A stretch of 55,491 bases of DNA from Bacteroidota bacterium (GCA_007280875.1 QYQJ01000019.1:1-55491), one strand, 5' to 3'. Positions 10,901-20,926 are shown, counted from the first letter of the stretch. The notes: generated from the sequence alone by a model not told the origin. Translations and numbers: made by a program.

Positions 10901-11356
10901 TCGCTGATAATAACTCCAGTAAAGTTCTCCCAGAATAGAATGGAGGATCTGGACAACCGGTTCAGTGGAAGTGGCCAGCTCCTGTTTGACTTCTTCGATT
11001 TCCGGCAATGGGAAATTTTCCTGGAAGGTTGAATTCAAACCGATCCGATAGATAATCGCTTTAACCAGCTGGGGGTCATTTCCTGCCTTTTTTGCATCCT
11101 GGTATAGTTGATCCACAATGGACAGAGCCGAATTGGGCAGTCCCGACTGGACCAGGGAATCCACCTGTAGCCAGAGAGAATCAACAGGAGTGAACCTCTG
11201 AGTATTGACATTGCGAGGAACAGCGTGACTTGGCAATGGTAAACCGGTGAGTTTGTGAGTTTGTGAGTTTGTGAGTGGGTAATGAGTAGTAGGATTTGCC
11301 CGACTGATAACCGACAACTGACAACTGACAATGAAAATCAAAAGAATGCGTTGCAT
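4907..11356 (-). CDS. Alpha-2-macroglobulin family protein (MG-domain protease inhibitor-like, no CxEQ thioester motif seen)
   Basis: Hallmarks are VEEYKRPIFEV (MG2-type xPxFEV) and FRETAFFYPSLVTDSTG...PDALTSWKV (FPETxxW / TTW region). It has an N-terminal signal peptide and is 2149 aa long. None of its cysteines lies in a CxEQ context. Confidence 0.88.
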   Translation of the reverse strand: MQRILLIFIVSCQLSVISRANPTTHYPLTNSQTHKLTGLPLPSHAVPRNVNTQRFTPVDSLWLQVDSLVQSGLPNSALSIVDQLYQDAKKAGNDPQLVKAIIYRIGLNSTFQENFPLPEIEEVKQELATSTEPVVQILHSILGELYWSYYQRNQYRLRERPTVSGSFSDDPETWDSKRLVFEIILNYRQSLSNENSLQEIPIEQYRAIVDRPVLGNGKPDTLSSVHPTLFDFLAYRALQFFTQKDVSIIQPAWTFRIDNPIFFGQTPVFIMVPMRPGGIHARPGDGPFIPPGMDTLSLPWYAIRIYQAVAEFHLDDKNPDALIDWELQRFSYVRSESTLPKKDSLYLEALRQFEKNYAFSPASTNISFILAQTLVGEGEKYNPLVSDAYHWDLKSALTVCLQATGKYPESLGGKNCQSLIKQITTPSLAITAEYAVVPDQLSLGSLSYRNSPCLWFRIVKADPENYPSTLSGLNREEAFNYLISRETVKSWQVSLPDVGDYQAHRLEFAIPAIPAGYYLLLASADSLFRNSTVPFSYQEIWSTCISYISQRNEKGGIDLYLLDRTSGFPLKNLFVEAFSKTYDSRNRQYVFSKTGEYRSDDTGFLTIPASAGRGSYTNLILHIHHNEGQLISQPLYVYPRVDRPERTVEQTRFFTDRAIYRPGQPIYFKGIVLERTGDSISLKTNKKTKVTFTNVNGQKISEQDFITDDWGAFHGSFTAPSGVLLGDMRIFNESGSISIDVEEYKRPIFEVRFDPVHGNYMLGQQVTITGKADGYAGNAIDAGVVTYRVVRTARYPFRGDWWHIPFPESPETEITSGLTSTGTDGSFAIVFTAIPDGTIPAERQPVFVYQIYADVTDINGETRSARESLSVGYTSLLIDITLPEKLNLKSDGNFKLTTTNLNGEKTPAEVLVSLQKLNGPDRAFKERLWSRADTQILSRKAFYADFPHDIYANDDDPATWAVEKEVFNVVMNTASDTVLNLTDARCQIPDKKSEDALSGIRNPGSGIQDPGSYKLTLSATDPFGQKVEKILYFTSFDPDSKKIPVLAFNWFVPLKTTGEPGEIASFLIGTSEKEIRVIQEIRVKDELVSREWVALKNQQKRIDVPILEAYRGNFAVNFLFVRDNRVYQNNQVVSVPYTNKKLDIAFETFRNKLKPGEQEEWKIRVTNAGGRGVIASLVATMYDRSLDLFRSNSWSFDLYRQYYYGSTWNSNDDFKTTGGSWYGSWMASVFYDRVYDQLNWFGMQPMGYGSYRDFHRKGGAEVLEYKVSMDAEPVVAGMEEPHPPPMDNVASIEQQKPFPVVSPENKQIPVVLVRTAFRETAFFYPSLVTDSTGTLFLKFTVPDALTSWKVLGLAYTNKLDWGLVEKDLVTQKDLMVFPNVPRFVRQGDTLMFITRIVNLSDHEITGEANLNLAEAITMQSLNQLILDTGYRIPDPGSANSEQQTANSRTFTIPAGQSTSVSWTLAVPVSRFISLLQYTVTARAGEFSDGETNILPVLTNRMLVTETLPLPVNGKGTTDFRFEKLLRSAGLKSLSSSRLTLEFASNPAWYAIQALPFLDEKSYKNTDQVFGAFYANALASHIIGFNPRIQQVVESWKVLTPDALLSNLEKNEALKSAILQETPWVMEARNETERKQRLGQFFDRNNLQNNLNENLTQLLQMQYPSGGWPWFEGMQENRIVTLNILTGLGRLNHLGVRYPGEDSKVTDMAGKAMDYLDTELVKEYQRLQKNYSKTLKDNHLTPFIVKYLYTRSFFTQIPDPGSRIQDLSVEFNQALEYYTSQAKKFWLKQDLYSQGMIALALYRMGDLITPAKILKSLSERALHSPELGMYWAVGNGYEWYQAPVEIQALLIEAFNEVGRDNRSMEEMKIWLLKQKQTQLWKTRQATVDACYALLLRGTDLLAEDPNVVISLGDLVVDPSTQQDLQQEAGTGYFRISWSGIDITPDMGNISITKSSDGIAWGGLYWQYFENLDKVTQYETPLTLGKEIFLENNTEAGPVLVPITNDELRMTNDTSFHHVTMSPSHHLEIGDKLIVRLIVTVDRNMEFIHLKDMRAAGLEPVSGNISPAHQLTSSPALSGYRYQDGLGYYQSTTDLATNFFFDYLPKGTWVFEYPLVVNNAGDFSTGIATIQCMYAPEFSAHSEGRRIEIAR
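5135..5174. repeat. Intragenic 8-mer tandem array (AGCTGGTG x about 5)
   Basis: agctggtg agctagtg agttggtg agctggtg agatgttg. It is translated in frame as ...SPAHQLTSSPALSG... Confidence 0.85.
5283..5358. repeat. Intragenic compound array: 4 x 8-mer (AGATGGTG/ACATGGTG) plus 5 x 7-mer (CATTCGT/AATTCGT)
   Basis: Read directly. It is translated in frame as ...NDELRMTNDTSFHHVTMSPSHHLE... Confidence 0.85.
6061..6095. repeat. Intragenic 7-mer tandem array (GATCCGG x5)
   Basis: gatcttg gatccgg gatccgg gatccgg gatctgt. It is translated as ...QIPDPGSRIQD... Confidence 0.85.
7031..7095. repeat. Intragenic compound array: 4 x GTTCGCT plus 5 x TCCGGTA
   Basis: gttcgct gtttgct gttcgct gttcgca ga tccggga tccggta x3 tccagga. 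It is translated as ...RIPDPGSANSEQQTANS... Confidence 0.85.
8322..8413. repeat. Intragenic compound array: 6-7 x GATCCYG/GATTCCG, a spacer, then 4 x YATCTGG
   Basis: Read directly. It is translated as ...DARCQIPDKKSEDALSGIRNPGSGIQDPGS... Confidence 0.85.
11246..11335. repeat. Intragenic compound array: about 4-6 x 8-mer (TGTGAGTT), a spacer, then 5 x 7-mer (CAACTGA)
   Basis: Read directly. It encodes part of the signal peptide and the first mature residues (SCQLSVISRANPTTHYPLTNSQTHKLTG). Confidence 0.85.
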
Positions 11357-11383
11357 GATATTTTATTTGGAATGAATTAAATA

Positions 11384-11391
11384 CAAACTTA
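11384..11391 (-). promoter_or_regulatory. Bacteroidota -7 box (TAAGTTTG on the minus strand)
   Basis: Exact TAnnTTTG match about 28 nt upstream of the ATG at 11356. Confidence 0.5.
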
Positions 11392-11542
11392 ACTGAAATT
11401 TAAACCCTAAACAAGGAGACGGGATTTTCGGGATAAAGATGTAAACAGGAAGGAAATTCCATAAGAATTTTAGGACCGCTAAAATCCCTGTGGTAGGGGA
11501 GACCGATCTGGTTTTCCCTGCCGGTTCCGTTGGACCAAACGG

Positions 11543-14275
11543 TTATACCACTACATTGACGATCTTCCCCGGCACGACGATTACCTTTTTCGGTGGGGTT
11601 CTCTGCAGCCATTTTGCGGATTCCGGGGCTTCCAGCACCGCCTTTTCGATCAATTCTTTTTCCAGACCGAGTGGCAGTGTCAGTTTGAAACGTAGTTTGC
11701 CATTAAACGAAACAGGATACTCAAACGTATCTTCAATCAGGTATTCTTCCCTGTATTCCGGGAAAGAGGATCCTGCAACGCTTTCGGTATGACCCAGTTG
11801 CGACCAGAGCTCTTCGGCCAGGTGTGGTGCATAGGGAGAAAGGATAATGGCGAGGTTGGTGAGGATGGTACGGTTGTGACACTTCAGGTCGGATAACTCA
11901 TTGACGCAGACCATGAAAGCACTCACCACCGTATTGAATGAGAACCGTTCGATATCTTCCTGAACCTTCTTGATGGTCCTGTGAAGTACACGCAATTCTT
12001 CAGTTGTCGGAGCTTCATCTGTCACCCGCACCTGGCCGGTTTCATCATGGTATAGCCGCCAGACCTTTTTGATGAACCGGAACACCCCTTCAATCCCATG
12101 CGTGTCCCAAGGTTTCGACTGCTCTAGGGGACCAAGAAACATTTCATAAAGACGCAGAGTATCGGCCCCGTATTCTTGGATGATCTGATCGGGATTAACG
12201 ACATTGTACATCGACTTCGACATCTTTTCGATGGCATGACCGCAGTGGTATTTTCCCTCTTCCAGGATAAATTCGGCATCAGCCAGGTCGGGACGCCATT
12301 GCCTGAAGGCTTCGATATCCAGCACATCGTCGTGTACCAGGCTGATATCCACATGCATTGGTACGGTTTCGTACGAACCGGTCAATCCGCAGGATATGAA
12401 GGTATTGCTTTTCTGTTCCCGGTACACCAGGCTGGAACGGCCCTGAATCTTGCCCTGGTTGATCAGCTTTTGAAAAGGTTCTTCATTACGGGTAAGACCG
12501 ATGTCGTACAGGAATTTGTTCCAGAAACGGGCATAGATCAGGTGTCCTGTAGCATGTTCGTCGCCGCCGATGTAAAGGTCAACATTCTGCCAGTATTCGG
12601 CCGCTTCTTTGGAGAAATACCGATCCGGATTCCATGGATCCATATACCTCAGGTAGTATCCGCTGGATCCGGCGAAACCCGGCATGGTAGTGGTTTCCAA
12701 TGGATACCCCTCGCTGGTTGTCCAGTTGTTGGCACGAGCCAGCGGAGGCTCTCCCGTTTCAGTTGGCAGGAATTTGTCAACAACCGGAAGCCGCAACGGG
12801 AGTTCTGATACAGGAAGCGGATAGGGGATCCCGTCCTTGTAGTAGATTGGAATTGGCTCGCCCCAGTAACGCTGACGGCTGAAGATCGCGTCACGCAACC
12901 GGTAGTTGATGGTCCTGGTGCCGAACCCCATCTCCTCGGCCCGGTCGATGACCGCCCGGATCGCCTTTTTCACACTCATACCAGTGATAAAATCAGAATT
13001 GATCAGAATCCCCTCTTTCGCATCGTAGGATGCTTCGGAGATATCTCCGCCGGAAACGACCTCCACAATGGGAAGGTTAAAATGCTTTGCAAACTCATAA
13101 TCGCGCTGATCATGCCCTGGAACGGCCATGATGGCACCGGATCCGTAACCCGCCAGCACGTAATCGGCCACCCAGACGGGAATGGGAACTCCATTAAATG
13201 GATTCAGACAGTACCCGCCGGTAAACTCACCGGAGATTTTCTTCACATCGGCCATCCGTTCCCGGTCCGAACGGTTTTTCACCAGTTGAATGTATGCCGT
13301 TACGACCTCTCTCTTTTCAGGCGTAGTGATCTTTTCCAGCAGTTCGTGCTCAGGAGCCAGCACCATGAAGGTAGACCCGAAAATGGTGTCGGGCCGGGTC
13401 GTAAAGATCTTCAGGTAATCCGCATGGCCCTTGACCGGGAAGAATAGATCAGCACCTTCCGACCGGCCGATCCAGTTTCGCTGAATCTCTTTCAGGGAGT
13501 CGAACCAGTCGATCGTTTCCAACCCGTCGAGCAGCCGCTGCGCATAGGGGGCGATCCGCAGAAACCACTGCTTCATTAGCTTCCGTTCAACCGGATGACT
13601 ACCCCGAACCGAGAAGCCATTGACCACCTCATCGTTGGCAAGCACAGTTCCCAGTGCAGGGCACCAGTTAACCACGGCATCCGAGAGATAGGCCAGCCGG
13701 TAGTTCATCAGAAATTCCTGTTGCGCCTTTTCGCTCCAATTCTTCCATAGATGAGGGGTCACGTTGTCATAACCGGAAGTAGCGAGCCGTTCGATCAGGT
13801 TTGCAATGGGCTCCGCTTTCTGCAGTTCGGGATTATACCAGTGTTGGAAGAGCTGGATGAACGTCCACTGTGTCCACTTATAGTAATCTGGATCACAGGT
13901 CTTTACTTCACGCGACCAGTCGTAGGAGAAACCGATCTTGTCCATTTGTTCCCGATATCTAATGACGTTCTTTTCTGTGGTTTCGGCCGGATGGGTTCCG
14001 GTCTGGATCGCATACTGTTCGGCCGGCAGGCCGTAGGCGTCGAAGCCCATGGGGTGAAGGACATTGAACCCTTTCAGCCGTTTGAACCGGGCATAGATAT
14101 CAGAGGCAATGTAACCCAGCGGATGGCCGACATGCAACCCGGCGCCTGAAGGGTAGGGAAACATATCGAGAACATAATACTTGGGTTTAGCCGGATCGAG
14201 TTCAGTTCGGAAAGTGCCGTGTTCCGTCCAGTAGCGCTGCCACTTCTTCTCCACTTCCGAAAAATTGTATTCCAT
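11543..14275 (-). CDS. leuS: Leucine--tRNA ligase
   Basis: The start is set at [16 protein letters not shown] (ATG 14275). It has the HIGH-type motif (HVGHPLGY) and the KMSKS motif ([10 protein letters not shown]). Confidence 0.97.
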   Translation of the reverse strand: MEYNFSEVEKKWQRYWTEHGTFRTELDPAKPKYYVLDMFPYPSGAGLHVGHPLGYIASDIYARFKRLKGFNVLHPMGFDAYGLPAEQYAIQTGTHPAETTEKNVIRYREQMDKIGFSYDWSREVKTCDPDYYKWTQWTFIQLFQHWYNPELQKAEPIANLIERLATSGYDNVTPHLWKNWSEKAQQEFLMNYRLAYLSDAVVNWCPALGTVLANDEVVNGFSVRGSHPVERKLMKQWFLRIAPYAQRLLDGLETIDWFDSLKEIQRNWIGRSEGADLFFPVKGHADYLKIFTTRPDTIFGSTFMVLAPEHELLEKITTPEKREVVTAYIQLVKNRSDRERMADVKKISGEFTGGYCLNPFNGVPIPVWVADYVLAGYGSGAIMAVPGHDQRDYEFAKHFNLPIVEVVSGGDISEASYDAKEGILINSDFITGMSVKKAIRAVIDRAEEMGFGTRTINYRLRDAIFSRQRYWGEPIPIYYKDGIPYPLPVSELPLRLPVVDKFLPTETGEPPLARANNWTTSEGYPLETTTMPGFAGSSGYYLRYMDPWNPDRYFSKEAAEYWQNVDLYIGGDEHATGHLIYARFWNKFLYDIGLTRNEEPFQKLINQGKIQGRSSLVYREQKSNTFISCGLTGSYETVPMHVDISLVHDDVLDIEAFRQWRPDLADAEFILEEGKYHCGHAIEKMSKSMYNVVNPDQIIQEYGADTLRLYEMFLGPLEQSKPWDTHGIEGVFRFIKKVWRLYHDETGQVRVTDEAPTTEELRVLHRTIKKVQEDIERFSFNTVVSAFMVCVNELSDLKCHNRTILTNLAIILSPYAPHLAEELWSQLGHTESVAGSSFPEYREEYLIEDTFEYPVSFNGKLRFKLTLPLGLEKELIEKAVLEAPESAKWLQRTPPKKVIVVPGKIVNVVV

Positions 14276-14378
14276 GATCCGTTTGCAATAAATTGATTCT
14301 GGTCTGTTTCGGGGTGCGAAGTTAGAAAATAACCGGGAAATATTTACCTTTACCCTGAATTCACCCCCATCCAGGCAG

Positions 14379-17300
14379 ATGCCCGATCCAAAAAAACACA
14401 CCCATAATCCCAGATTTTACCGGCATTTTATCAGAGCCCTGATATGGATATTCGGCATTGTCTGCCTGGTCTCCCTGGCCTCCTATATCACCATGGACTA
14501 TTTTGGAGAGCATATCATGAAGCGGTACCTCCAGCGTAAGATCCGCGAGGTAAGCCAGGGGGTTTACGAGATCGATTTTGATCGCTTCCGATTGAATATT
14601 TTTTCCGGGAAAGCAATGGTTACCGGTTTCCACCTGATTCCGAATGAAACACGATACCATGAACTCAGGGAAAAAGGAGAGGTCAAGGGCCCCCTTTATT
14701 CATTGGATTACGAGAGGTTGACGCTGAACAATCTGGATATCGGGGAAATTTTCTTTAACCGAACGATCCATTTACGAATGATCGAACTGGATAAACCCAC
14801 AATCAGTTTTATTGCATTTCCTGATTCCGTTGCCAAAAAACGTGGCCGGTTCAAGCAAATTTACCAGGATATTTATCCGGTGTTATCTGTCCTGTTCTCA
14901 GAGGTAAAGATCGATTCCATACTGGTCAGGGAGGGATCTTTTTCCGGAAAGCATACCAATAAAACGGGAAATTCCAGCGAAATGGACTGGCTCTATTCGG
15001 CTACATTGCGTGATTTCGATCTCAACTCCCACGATAACAAAGATACCCGGATCTTTTATTCCCGGGATGTGGAGTTACGGATCCGGAATTTCAATTATTC
15101 CCTCTCCGACAGCCTCTATTTCCTGAATGCCGATGAAGTGGGTTTATCCCTTTCCAATTCCCGGCTTTTCGGAAAGGGGCTGACCCTGACTCCGAACTTT
15201 CGGAAAGAAAAACTGGCCCGGACCAAATCAGGGAGCTTTTACCAGGCCTATCTTCCGGATTTTTCCATTGACGGGATAGACCTGTATAAAGCCTTGCTGG
15301 AAAAAGAGATATCGATCAGTGCCATCATTATCAACAACCTGGAGGTAAAGATGTTCCTGCATCGGGCCAACAGAACAACTACCCGGAACGAGAACAACAA
15401 AATTACAACGGCTACTCTCTATACTATCATCCAGGACAAACTGAAGCAGGTGACAATCGATACCATTCTGCTGACCCGGGCATCGTTTCAGTTCTATTCT
15501 GGGATTCAGGAGCCAAAACCAGAACTGAAAGTGGACCGGACCACACTCCGGTTGTATGGTTTTCAGCTCGATTCCCTGGCCCATCTGGATACCACAAAGA
15601 TCATCTATTCCAAAGATATTGAAATCGATATAGAGGGTTTTACCCTGGCATTGCAGGATAAACTACATGATCTCCGTGCCCGGAAGGTATTCATCAGTAC
15701 CAGGAATTCTCTCATCGATGTACGCGACACCCGGTTATATCCCTCTCCGGATGCAGATCCATCCCTGCGTTACAAGAGTAACGCTTACTATCAAATGCAA
15801 TTTCCGCAGGTGCTGTTTGAAAGGATCAACCTCCGTCACATGTTTAACACGAGAAAGCTTGAATTTGACAGGTTGGCCATATTTGAACCGGATATGACGA
15901 TCATTCAGTACAGGAAGAAAGCGGTACCGGAAGATAGCTCGACCCGGCACGAAACGTTTCTTGAAAAGCTGGACCTGATCAGAAGCGTGATCATTCCCTA
16001 TATGATCTCCGTTGAAGCGGGAACGATTGAAATTTCAAATGCCCGAATCAGTTTTAAAGATGATAAAAAGGGAATGAATGAAGAGCGGATTGCAGGCCTG
16101 GTGGATCTTACCCTGACAGGATTGCGTGTTGATACCCTTACCTACAGGGACAGAAAAGAGTTTCTTTCTCAGATTGATTTGCTGGTGGAGGTAAGGGATT
16201 TTCACTACCTCTCACCCGACAGCCTTCACCGGGTGAATTTCCGGGAGCTTTTTGCAAACTCGGTTGCACAGGATCTGGATATCACCGGCTTCACTATGCA
16301 CACCACCAGTAAGCGACATGCCGGAACGGACACACCCTCTACCCTGACGGCCCGGTTCAACTCCCTGCAGGTGACTGGTTTTGATTACCCCAAATGGATG
16401 AGCGACAAATGGTTCAACGCGAACGAGATCCGGCTTTCCGAACCATCCGTGGTCATCCGGTCGGTCAGAAAAAAGAGGGAAAGCTCACTCAATGAACCCT
16501 TTTCGGAAACAGACGAGGCAGTGAAGAAAATTGAGGTCGGAACTATCCGGATCGACCACGGATGGTTTGATCTTATGGAGGAAAATCAAAAATCCAGGGG
16601 ATCCCTTCTGGTGAGAAATTTCGATTTTCAACTTACCAATTTTCTGTTCGACCTGACCGGCTGGGACGACGGAGTGAAAATATTACGGTACGACCTGCTT
16701 TCGCTGAAGCCGGACCCGGCCAATCCCATCCTTCTTGACAGCAGCTATTCGATCAGCTTTTCCCGGTTTTTATCAGATTCCTATCCGCCGAACCTTACTG
16801 TCAGCCAGCTTCATCTGGCCCCGATGAATCCCGGAGATAAGACCAGCCTGAAGCCCCTCCTCGTAGAGCTGTCGCTTCCCTCTTTTCTGATTAAAAAGCT
16901 GGAACTGGAACAACTGGTGTTCAACCGGAACCTTAAGGCAGAAGAAATCCGGATCACGGAGCCGGAAATCACACTCTTTCATCAGGTTGATATAAAGGAA
17001 CAAAAGCGAATAAAAAAACAGTCGCTATCGAGTCATCCTGAACTGGCAACCCCGTTCCATACGCTGGATATCGGAAATGTGTCACTAACCGACGGAATAT
17101 TCCATTATCTGAACGGTCAGGGTGACAGTGCCACAGGGATGAGCCTGGACCGGATTTATGCCACGATCAGAGGGTTTAGCTACGACTCGGCACATAACCT
17201 GAAAACCCACGCCTCTCTTTTTTACTGCGACGACATCGACCTGCATACCGGCGGGTATTCCTTTCTCACAAAAGACAGTATGAATACCGTCTCCATGGCC

Positions 17301-18299
17301 GGATTACACCTCTCTTCAGGCAGGGCGACTCTGACCATAGATTCCTTTGCACTGGTTCCCAACTACTCAGATTATGAGTACTCCCGGAAACTGGGCTATC
17401 AGACCGACCGGATGGAATTGACCACAAAGGAGATCGAATTGGAACGGGTGAATTTCATCTCCCTGGTGGAAGAGCAAAAGATCGAAGCCGGAATTATGAA
17501 CATTGACGGGTTGGTTCTGGACGACTACCGTGATAAACGCATAGAATTTCCTTACTGGAAACGGCCTCCCATGATCCAGCAGGCGATAAGGGAAATACCG
17601 TTATCGATCACGGTCGATAGCATCAAACTGGTAGATGGTAAAGTAACCTACCGGGAACAAACCGGGGAAGAGCCCGGGATGATCTTTTTTGACAGGATGG
17701 ATCTGCTGGTTCGAAACTTTACCTCCGATTCAATCCGGATCTCCCGGGGTGCCGTGCTGGTCGCTGATGGATCCACCTGGCTGATGGGTCAGGCAAAAGC
17801 GCATGGAGAGTTCATGTTTCCCATGAACTCACCGGTCGACACCTTCTTTTTCTGTGGGGGTGCCGGTAGGGTTGATATGACGATCTTCAATCCGATGGTC
17901 TCACGGGTAGCACCGGTCCGAATTAAAAGTGGCGTGGTCGACTCGCTGACTGTCCGCTGGTTGAGAGGAAATGGCACCTATGCGACCGGTTTATTGGATC
18001 TCTATTACCATAACCTGCATGTCGAGTTGCTGAAAGAGAAACCGGGATTCTGGAATCGGGCCGGAACCGATCTGATGCAATTGGTGCTGAACCTGGTTGT
18101 TCCCCAGGAGAATCCCGGATACTTTGGCATTCACAGGTCGGGCTACATCTGGAACAGGAGGGATGATGAAAAAGGGTATTTCAATTTTTACTGGAAATCA
18201 CTCCTCTCCGGATTGAAGTCGAGTGAGGGATTGAATTCAAAAGAACAACGTGCTTTCAAAAAAACGTTGAACCGGGAGAAGAAAAGTAAAAAACACTAA
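14379..18299 (+). CDS. Giant membrane-anchored protein, AsmA/TamB-like by architecture (family not verified)
   Basis: 1306 aa with a single N-terminal TM ([17 protein letters not shown]), a long beta-rich body and a basic C-terminal tail. Its C-terminal ~300 aa are paralogous to the next ORF. Confidence 0.45.
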   Translation: MPDPKKHTHNPRFYRHFIRALIWIFGIVCLVSLASYITMDYFGEHIMKRYLQRKIREVSQGVYEIDFDRFRLNIFSGKAMVTGFHLIPNETRYHELREKGEVKGPLYSLDYERLTLNNLDIGEIFFNRTIHLRMIELDKPTISFIAFPDSVAKKRGRFKQIYQDIYPVLSVLFSEVKIDSILVREGSFSGKHTNKTGNSSEMDWLYSATLRDFDLNSHDNKDTRIFYSRDVELRIRNFNYSLSDSLYFLNADEVGLSLSNSRLFGKGLTLTPNFRKEKLARTKSGSFYQAYLPDFSIDGIDLYKALLEKEISISAIIINNLEVKMFLHRANRTTTRNENNKITTATLYTIIQDKLKQVTIDTILLTRASFQFYSGIQEPKPELKVDRTTLRLYGFQLDSLAHLDTTKIIYSKDIEIDIEGFTLALQDKLHDLRARKVFISTRNSLIDVRDTRLYPSPDADPSLRYKSNAYYQMQFPQVLFERINLRHMFNTRKLEFDRLAIFEPDMTIIQYRKKAVPEDSSTRHETFLEKLDLIRSVIIPYMISVEAGTIEISNARISFKDDKKGMNEERIAGLVDLTLTGLRVDTLTYRDRKEFLSQIDLLVEVRDFHYLSPDSLHRVNFRELFANSVAQDLDITGFTMHTTSKRHAGTDTPSTLTARFNSLQVTGFDYPKWMSDKWFNANEIRLSEPSVVIRSVRKKRESSLNEPFSETDEAVKKIEVGTIRIDHGWFDLMEENQKSRGSLLVRNFDFQLTNFLFDLTGWDDGVKILRYDLLSLKPDPANPILLDSSYSISFSRFLSDSYPPNLTVSQLHLAPMNPGDKTSLKPLLVELSLPSFLIKKLELEQLVFNRNLKAEEIRITEPEITLFHQVDIKEQKRIKKQSLSSHPELATPFHTLDIGNVSLTDGIFHYLNGQGDSATGMSLDRIYATIRGFSYDSAHNLKTHASLFYCDDIDLHTGGYSFLTKDSMNTVSMAGLHLSSGRATLTIDSFALVPNYSDYEYSRKLGYQTDRMELTTKEIELERVNFISLVEEQKIEAGIMNIDGLVLDDYRDKRIEFPYWKRPPMIQQAIREIPLSITVDSIKLVDGKVTYREQTGEEPGMIFFDRMDLLVRNFTSDSIRISRGAVLVADGSTWLMGQAKAHGEFMFPMNSPVDTFFFCGGAGRVDMTIFNPMVSRVAPVRIKSGVVDSLTVRWLRGNGTYATGLLDLYYHNLHVELLKEKPGFWNRAGTDLMQLVLNLVVPQENPGYFGIHRSGYIWNRRDDEKGYFNFYWKSLLSGLKSSEGLNSKEQRAFKKTLNREKKSKKH

Positions 18300-18306
18300 T
18301 GCGGAA

Positions 18307-20025
18307 ATGAAAAAACGATCACTAGCCAGACGAATAATCCTATGGACATCTGGAATTCTTACCGGGATCATCCTGATGGTTGGCGTATTCGGATATGTTT
18401 ACTGGAGCCGGCTGATCAAGGCTACCCTGGTGGGTGTCGTAAACAAAGAGACCGACGGCCTGTACCAGCTTAAAATTGGAACCCTTTATTATGGCCTTCT
18501 GCAGGGGAACATTTATATCCGGAACCTCTCCCTGATCCCTGATACGGCAGTGTACAATATACTGAACGGTGATTCCGCTCCTTCACTCCTTCTGAGTTTA
18601 CACGTGGATCAGCTTACGGTGAAGAATCTCCAATTGCGAAAAGCGATCTTCCACAAACGGATCGAAGTGGATCAGATTGAAGTATCTGCTCCCGACCTCA
18701 AACTCTGGCGGAAGCGAATTTCCATCAAGGATACGACTGGAAACGAACCGGACACCGCGCAATCGATCCCCCTTCCAGGAGGATGGGACTACCTGTCTGC
18801 CGGTAAGATAAGCTTACGGAATGGCAACTTTACGTTTACCGACCAGACCTGGGATTCGGTGAAGGAGTATACCATTCCTTCAGTTGATATTACCATCTCC
18901 AATCTATGGGTTGATTCAACCTGGAGAACCGACCCCCGGATCTATAACACAGATGATATTGCTGTGATCCTCAGGGAGATCAGGCAGGAGACCGGCAATG
19001 GAATGTATGCCATCCATATTGGCGAAATGGGCTTCTCGACCGGCCGGAGACTGATCTACATAAACCGGTTTCACCTGGAACCAATGTACGACAGAACCGC
19101 ATTCAGCCGGAAGCTGGGATATCAGACGGATCGGATGGATATTTGCATCGCAACAATTACCCTCTCTGCGGTTGACTGGCGGGAGTTGTTGCTCCGTCGA
19201 CGGGTGATCGCAGAAAAACTGCTCATCGACAGCCTGGTACTGGACGATTATCGCGACAAACGTGTTCCCATGCGACCGGGATTCAAGCCACTCATGCCGC
19301 AACAGCTGCTCCGGGATCTGAAAACCTATATCCGGATCGACTCCCTTGAACTGGTCAACGGGAAAGCCACCTATTCAGAACAGGTGGCGAACGAACCAGG
19401 CACCCTGTTTTTCGACCGGATGAGCGGTATCCTGACCGGGCTGACCAATGATTCGGCCTGGCTTGCAGACAAACAGATCTCCCCGTTGAAAGCCAAAGCC
19501 TACCTCCAGGGAACCGGAAAATTACAGGCCACCATCAACTTCATTTTCGGGGACCCGATGAACCGGTTTTCCATTCCTTATGCCACGTTGACATCGTTTG
19601 AACTTCCGCAAGTCAATACCATGCTGTCTAAATTACTGCCGGCAGAAATCGAAAGCGGTTTTGTCAGTAAGCTGGTTATTCACGGAATCCGGTTCAACAA
19701 CAGTTTTTCCAGAGGCAGTTTGACGTTATATTATGACAATCTTTCGTTCAAAATGTTCGACGAGAAGAACACCACCTGGTCGGGGATTAAAACTGGGCTT
19801 ATCAACTGGGTAGCCAAAGATATATTGGTGGCTAAATGCAATCCTGGCCCCAATGGAAAGCTAAATTCAGGCACAGTCTATTTCCAGCGCGACCAGCACA
19901 AATCGATCATCAATTTCATCTGGAAAAGTGTTCTGAGCGGATTGAAATCGAATATGGGATTCAACACCAAAGAGCAGAAGGAGATTAAAAAGGGAAAAAA
20001 TAGCCGGCGAGTAAAAAAGCAGTAA
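18307..20025 (+). CDS. Membrane-anchored paralog of the preceding protein (AsmA-like C-terminal module)
   Basis: 572 aa with an N-terminal TM. It shares [21 protein letters not shown], GKxTYxEQ, FFDRM and WKSxLSGLKS...KEQ blocks with 14379..18299. Confidence 0.45.
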   Translation: MKKRSLARRIILWTSGILTGIILMVGVFGYVYWSRLIKATLVGVVNKETDGLYQLKIGTLYYGLLQGNIYIRNLSLIPDTAVYNILNGDSAPSLLLSLHVDQLTVKNLQLRKAIFHKRIEVDQIEVSAPDLKLWRKRISIKDTTGNEPDTAQSIPLPGGWDYLSAGKISLRNGNFTFTDQTWDSVKEYTIPSVDITISNLWVDSTWRTDPRIYNTDDIAVILREIRQETGNGMYAIHIGEMGFSTGRRLIYINRFHLEPMYDRTAFSRKLGYQTDRMDICIATITLSAVDWRELLLRRRVIAEKLLIDSLVLDDYRDKRVPMRPGFKPLMPQQLLRDLKTYIRIDSLELVNGKATYSEQVANEPGTLFFDRMSGILTGLTNDSAWLADKQISPLKAKAYLQGTGKLQATINFIFGDPMNRFSIPYATLTSFELPQVNTMLSKLLPAEIESGFVSKLVIHGIRFNNSFSRGSLTLYYDNLSFKMFDEKNTTWSGIKTGLINWVAKDILVAKCNPGPNGKLNSGTVYFQRDQHKSIINFIWKSVLSGLKSNMGFNTKEQKEIKKGKNSRRVKKQ

Positions 20026-20047
20026 TTTTACCCGGAACTTCGAACCA

Positions 20048-20926
20048 ATGATGTACAACGAGCAGAGCTATCAGCGGAGACGCTTAGCTACGTCCTATGT
20101 AACCACGATTATAAGCATTACCCTGGTCCTGTTCATGCTCGGATTGCTGGGGGTACTGATCCTGCATGCAAAAAAGCTGTCGGATTATGTGAAAGAGAAC
20201 ATCGGTTTCTCAATCATGATCAAAGAAGGGGTGAAAGAGATAGAAATCTTTGAACTACAGAAAAGACTTGATAAAGAGAAGTTTGTCAAATCAACAGAGT
20301 ACATCACGCGCGAACGGGCAGCACGGGAGTTTTCCGAAGAGCTGGGAGAGGATTTTGTAGGATTTCTGGGATACAATCCATTGTTACCCTCCATTGAATT
20401 GAGGTTAAAAGCTGCCAATACACATCCCGATAGTGTCAGGCTGATCGAGGAGCGGCTGATGGCTTATCCTGTGGTAAAGGAGGTGGATTATCACAAGCCC
20501 CTGGTAGATCAGATAAACCAGAACCTGGAGCGGATCAGCCTGGTGATCCTGGGCTTCAGTCTGATCCTGTTACTTATTTCGATCGCCCTGATCAATAATA
20601 CCATCCGGTTATCGGTCTATGCAAAACGATTCCTGATTCGGAGCATGCAACTGGTGGGAGCAACACAACCATTCATCCAGAAGCCCTTTTTAAGAAAAGC
20701 GGTCGTCAATGGATTTTTAAGCGGGCTCATAGCTGTCGGATTGTTGCTTCTGACACTTTACCTTTCCGCTCAGGAGATGCCCGAATTGCTTGAGTTTCAG
20801 GACCTGGAGCTGTTCGGGATTCTATTTGCTTTTATCATTGCCCTGGGTATTCTGATCTCCTGGTTATCTACTTTTTTTGCAGTACGGAAATATATCAGGA
20901 TGAAAACAGATGCGTTATACAGTTAA
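20048..20926 (+). CDS. ftsX: Cell-division ABC permease-like protein FtsX
   Basis: N-terminal TM, a periplasmic domain and three C-terminal TMs. It sits in the conserved Bacteroidota context ftsX-DUF3098-uppP-truB. Confidence 0.8.
   Translation: MMYNEQSYQRRRLATSYVTTIISITLVLFMLGLLGVLILHAKKLSDYVKENIGFSIMIKEGVKEIEIFELQKRLDKEKFVKSTEYITRERAAREFSEELGEDFVGFLGYNPLLPSIELRLKAANTHPDSVRLIEERLMAYPVVKEVDYHKPLVDQINQNLERISLVILGFSLILLLISIALINNTIRLSVYAKRFLIRSMQLVGATQPFIQKPFLRKAVVNGFLSGLIAVGLLLLTLYLSAQEMPELLEFQDLELFGILFAFIIALGILISWLSTFFAVRKYIRMKTDALYS

Noticed and set aside
4907-11356. The A2M gene as a pseudogene disrupted by repeats
   Set aside because: The frame is uninterrupted for 2149 codons, and family hallmarks are conserved on both sides of every array. 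I treat the gene as intact.
12176-12808. 210-aa plus-strand ORF within leuS
   Set aside because: It is antisense to leuS and has no motifs.
14276-14401. 42-codon 5' extension of leuS, and the minus-strand ORF at 14361..14660
   Set aside because: LeuRS homologs begin at MEYNFxEVEKKWQ. The extension would overlap the divergent gene start at 14379 and would occupy the only promoter space.
20048-20926. ftsX without an adjacent ftsE as an anomaly
   Set aside because: In Bacteroidota ftsX commonly sits in the ftsX-DUF3098-uppP-truB arrangement with ftsE elsewhere, so this is ordinary.
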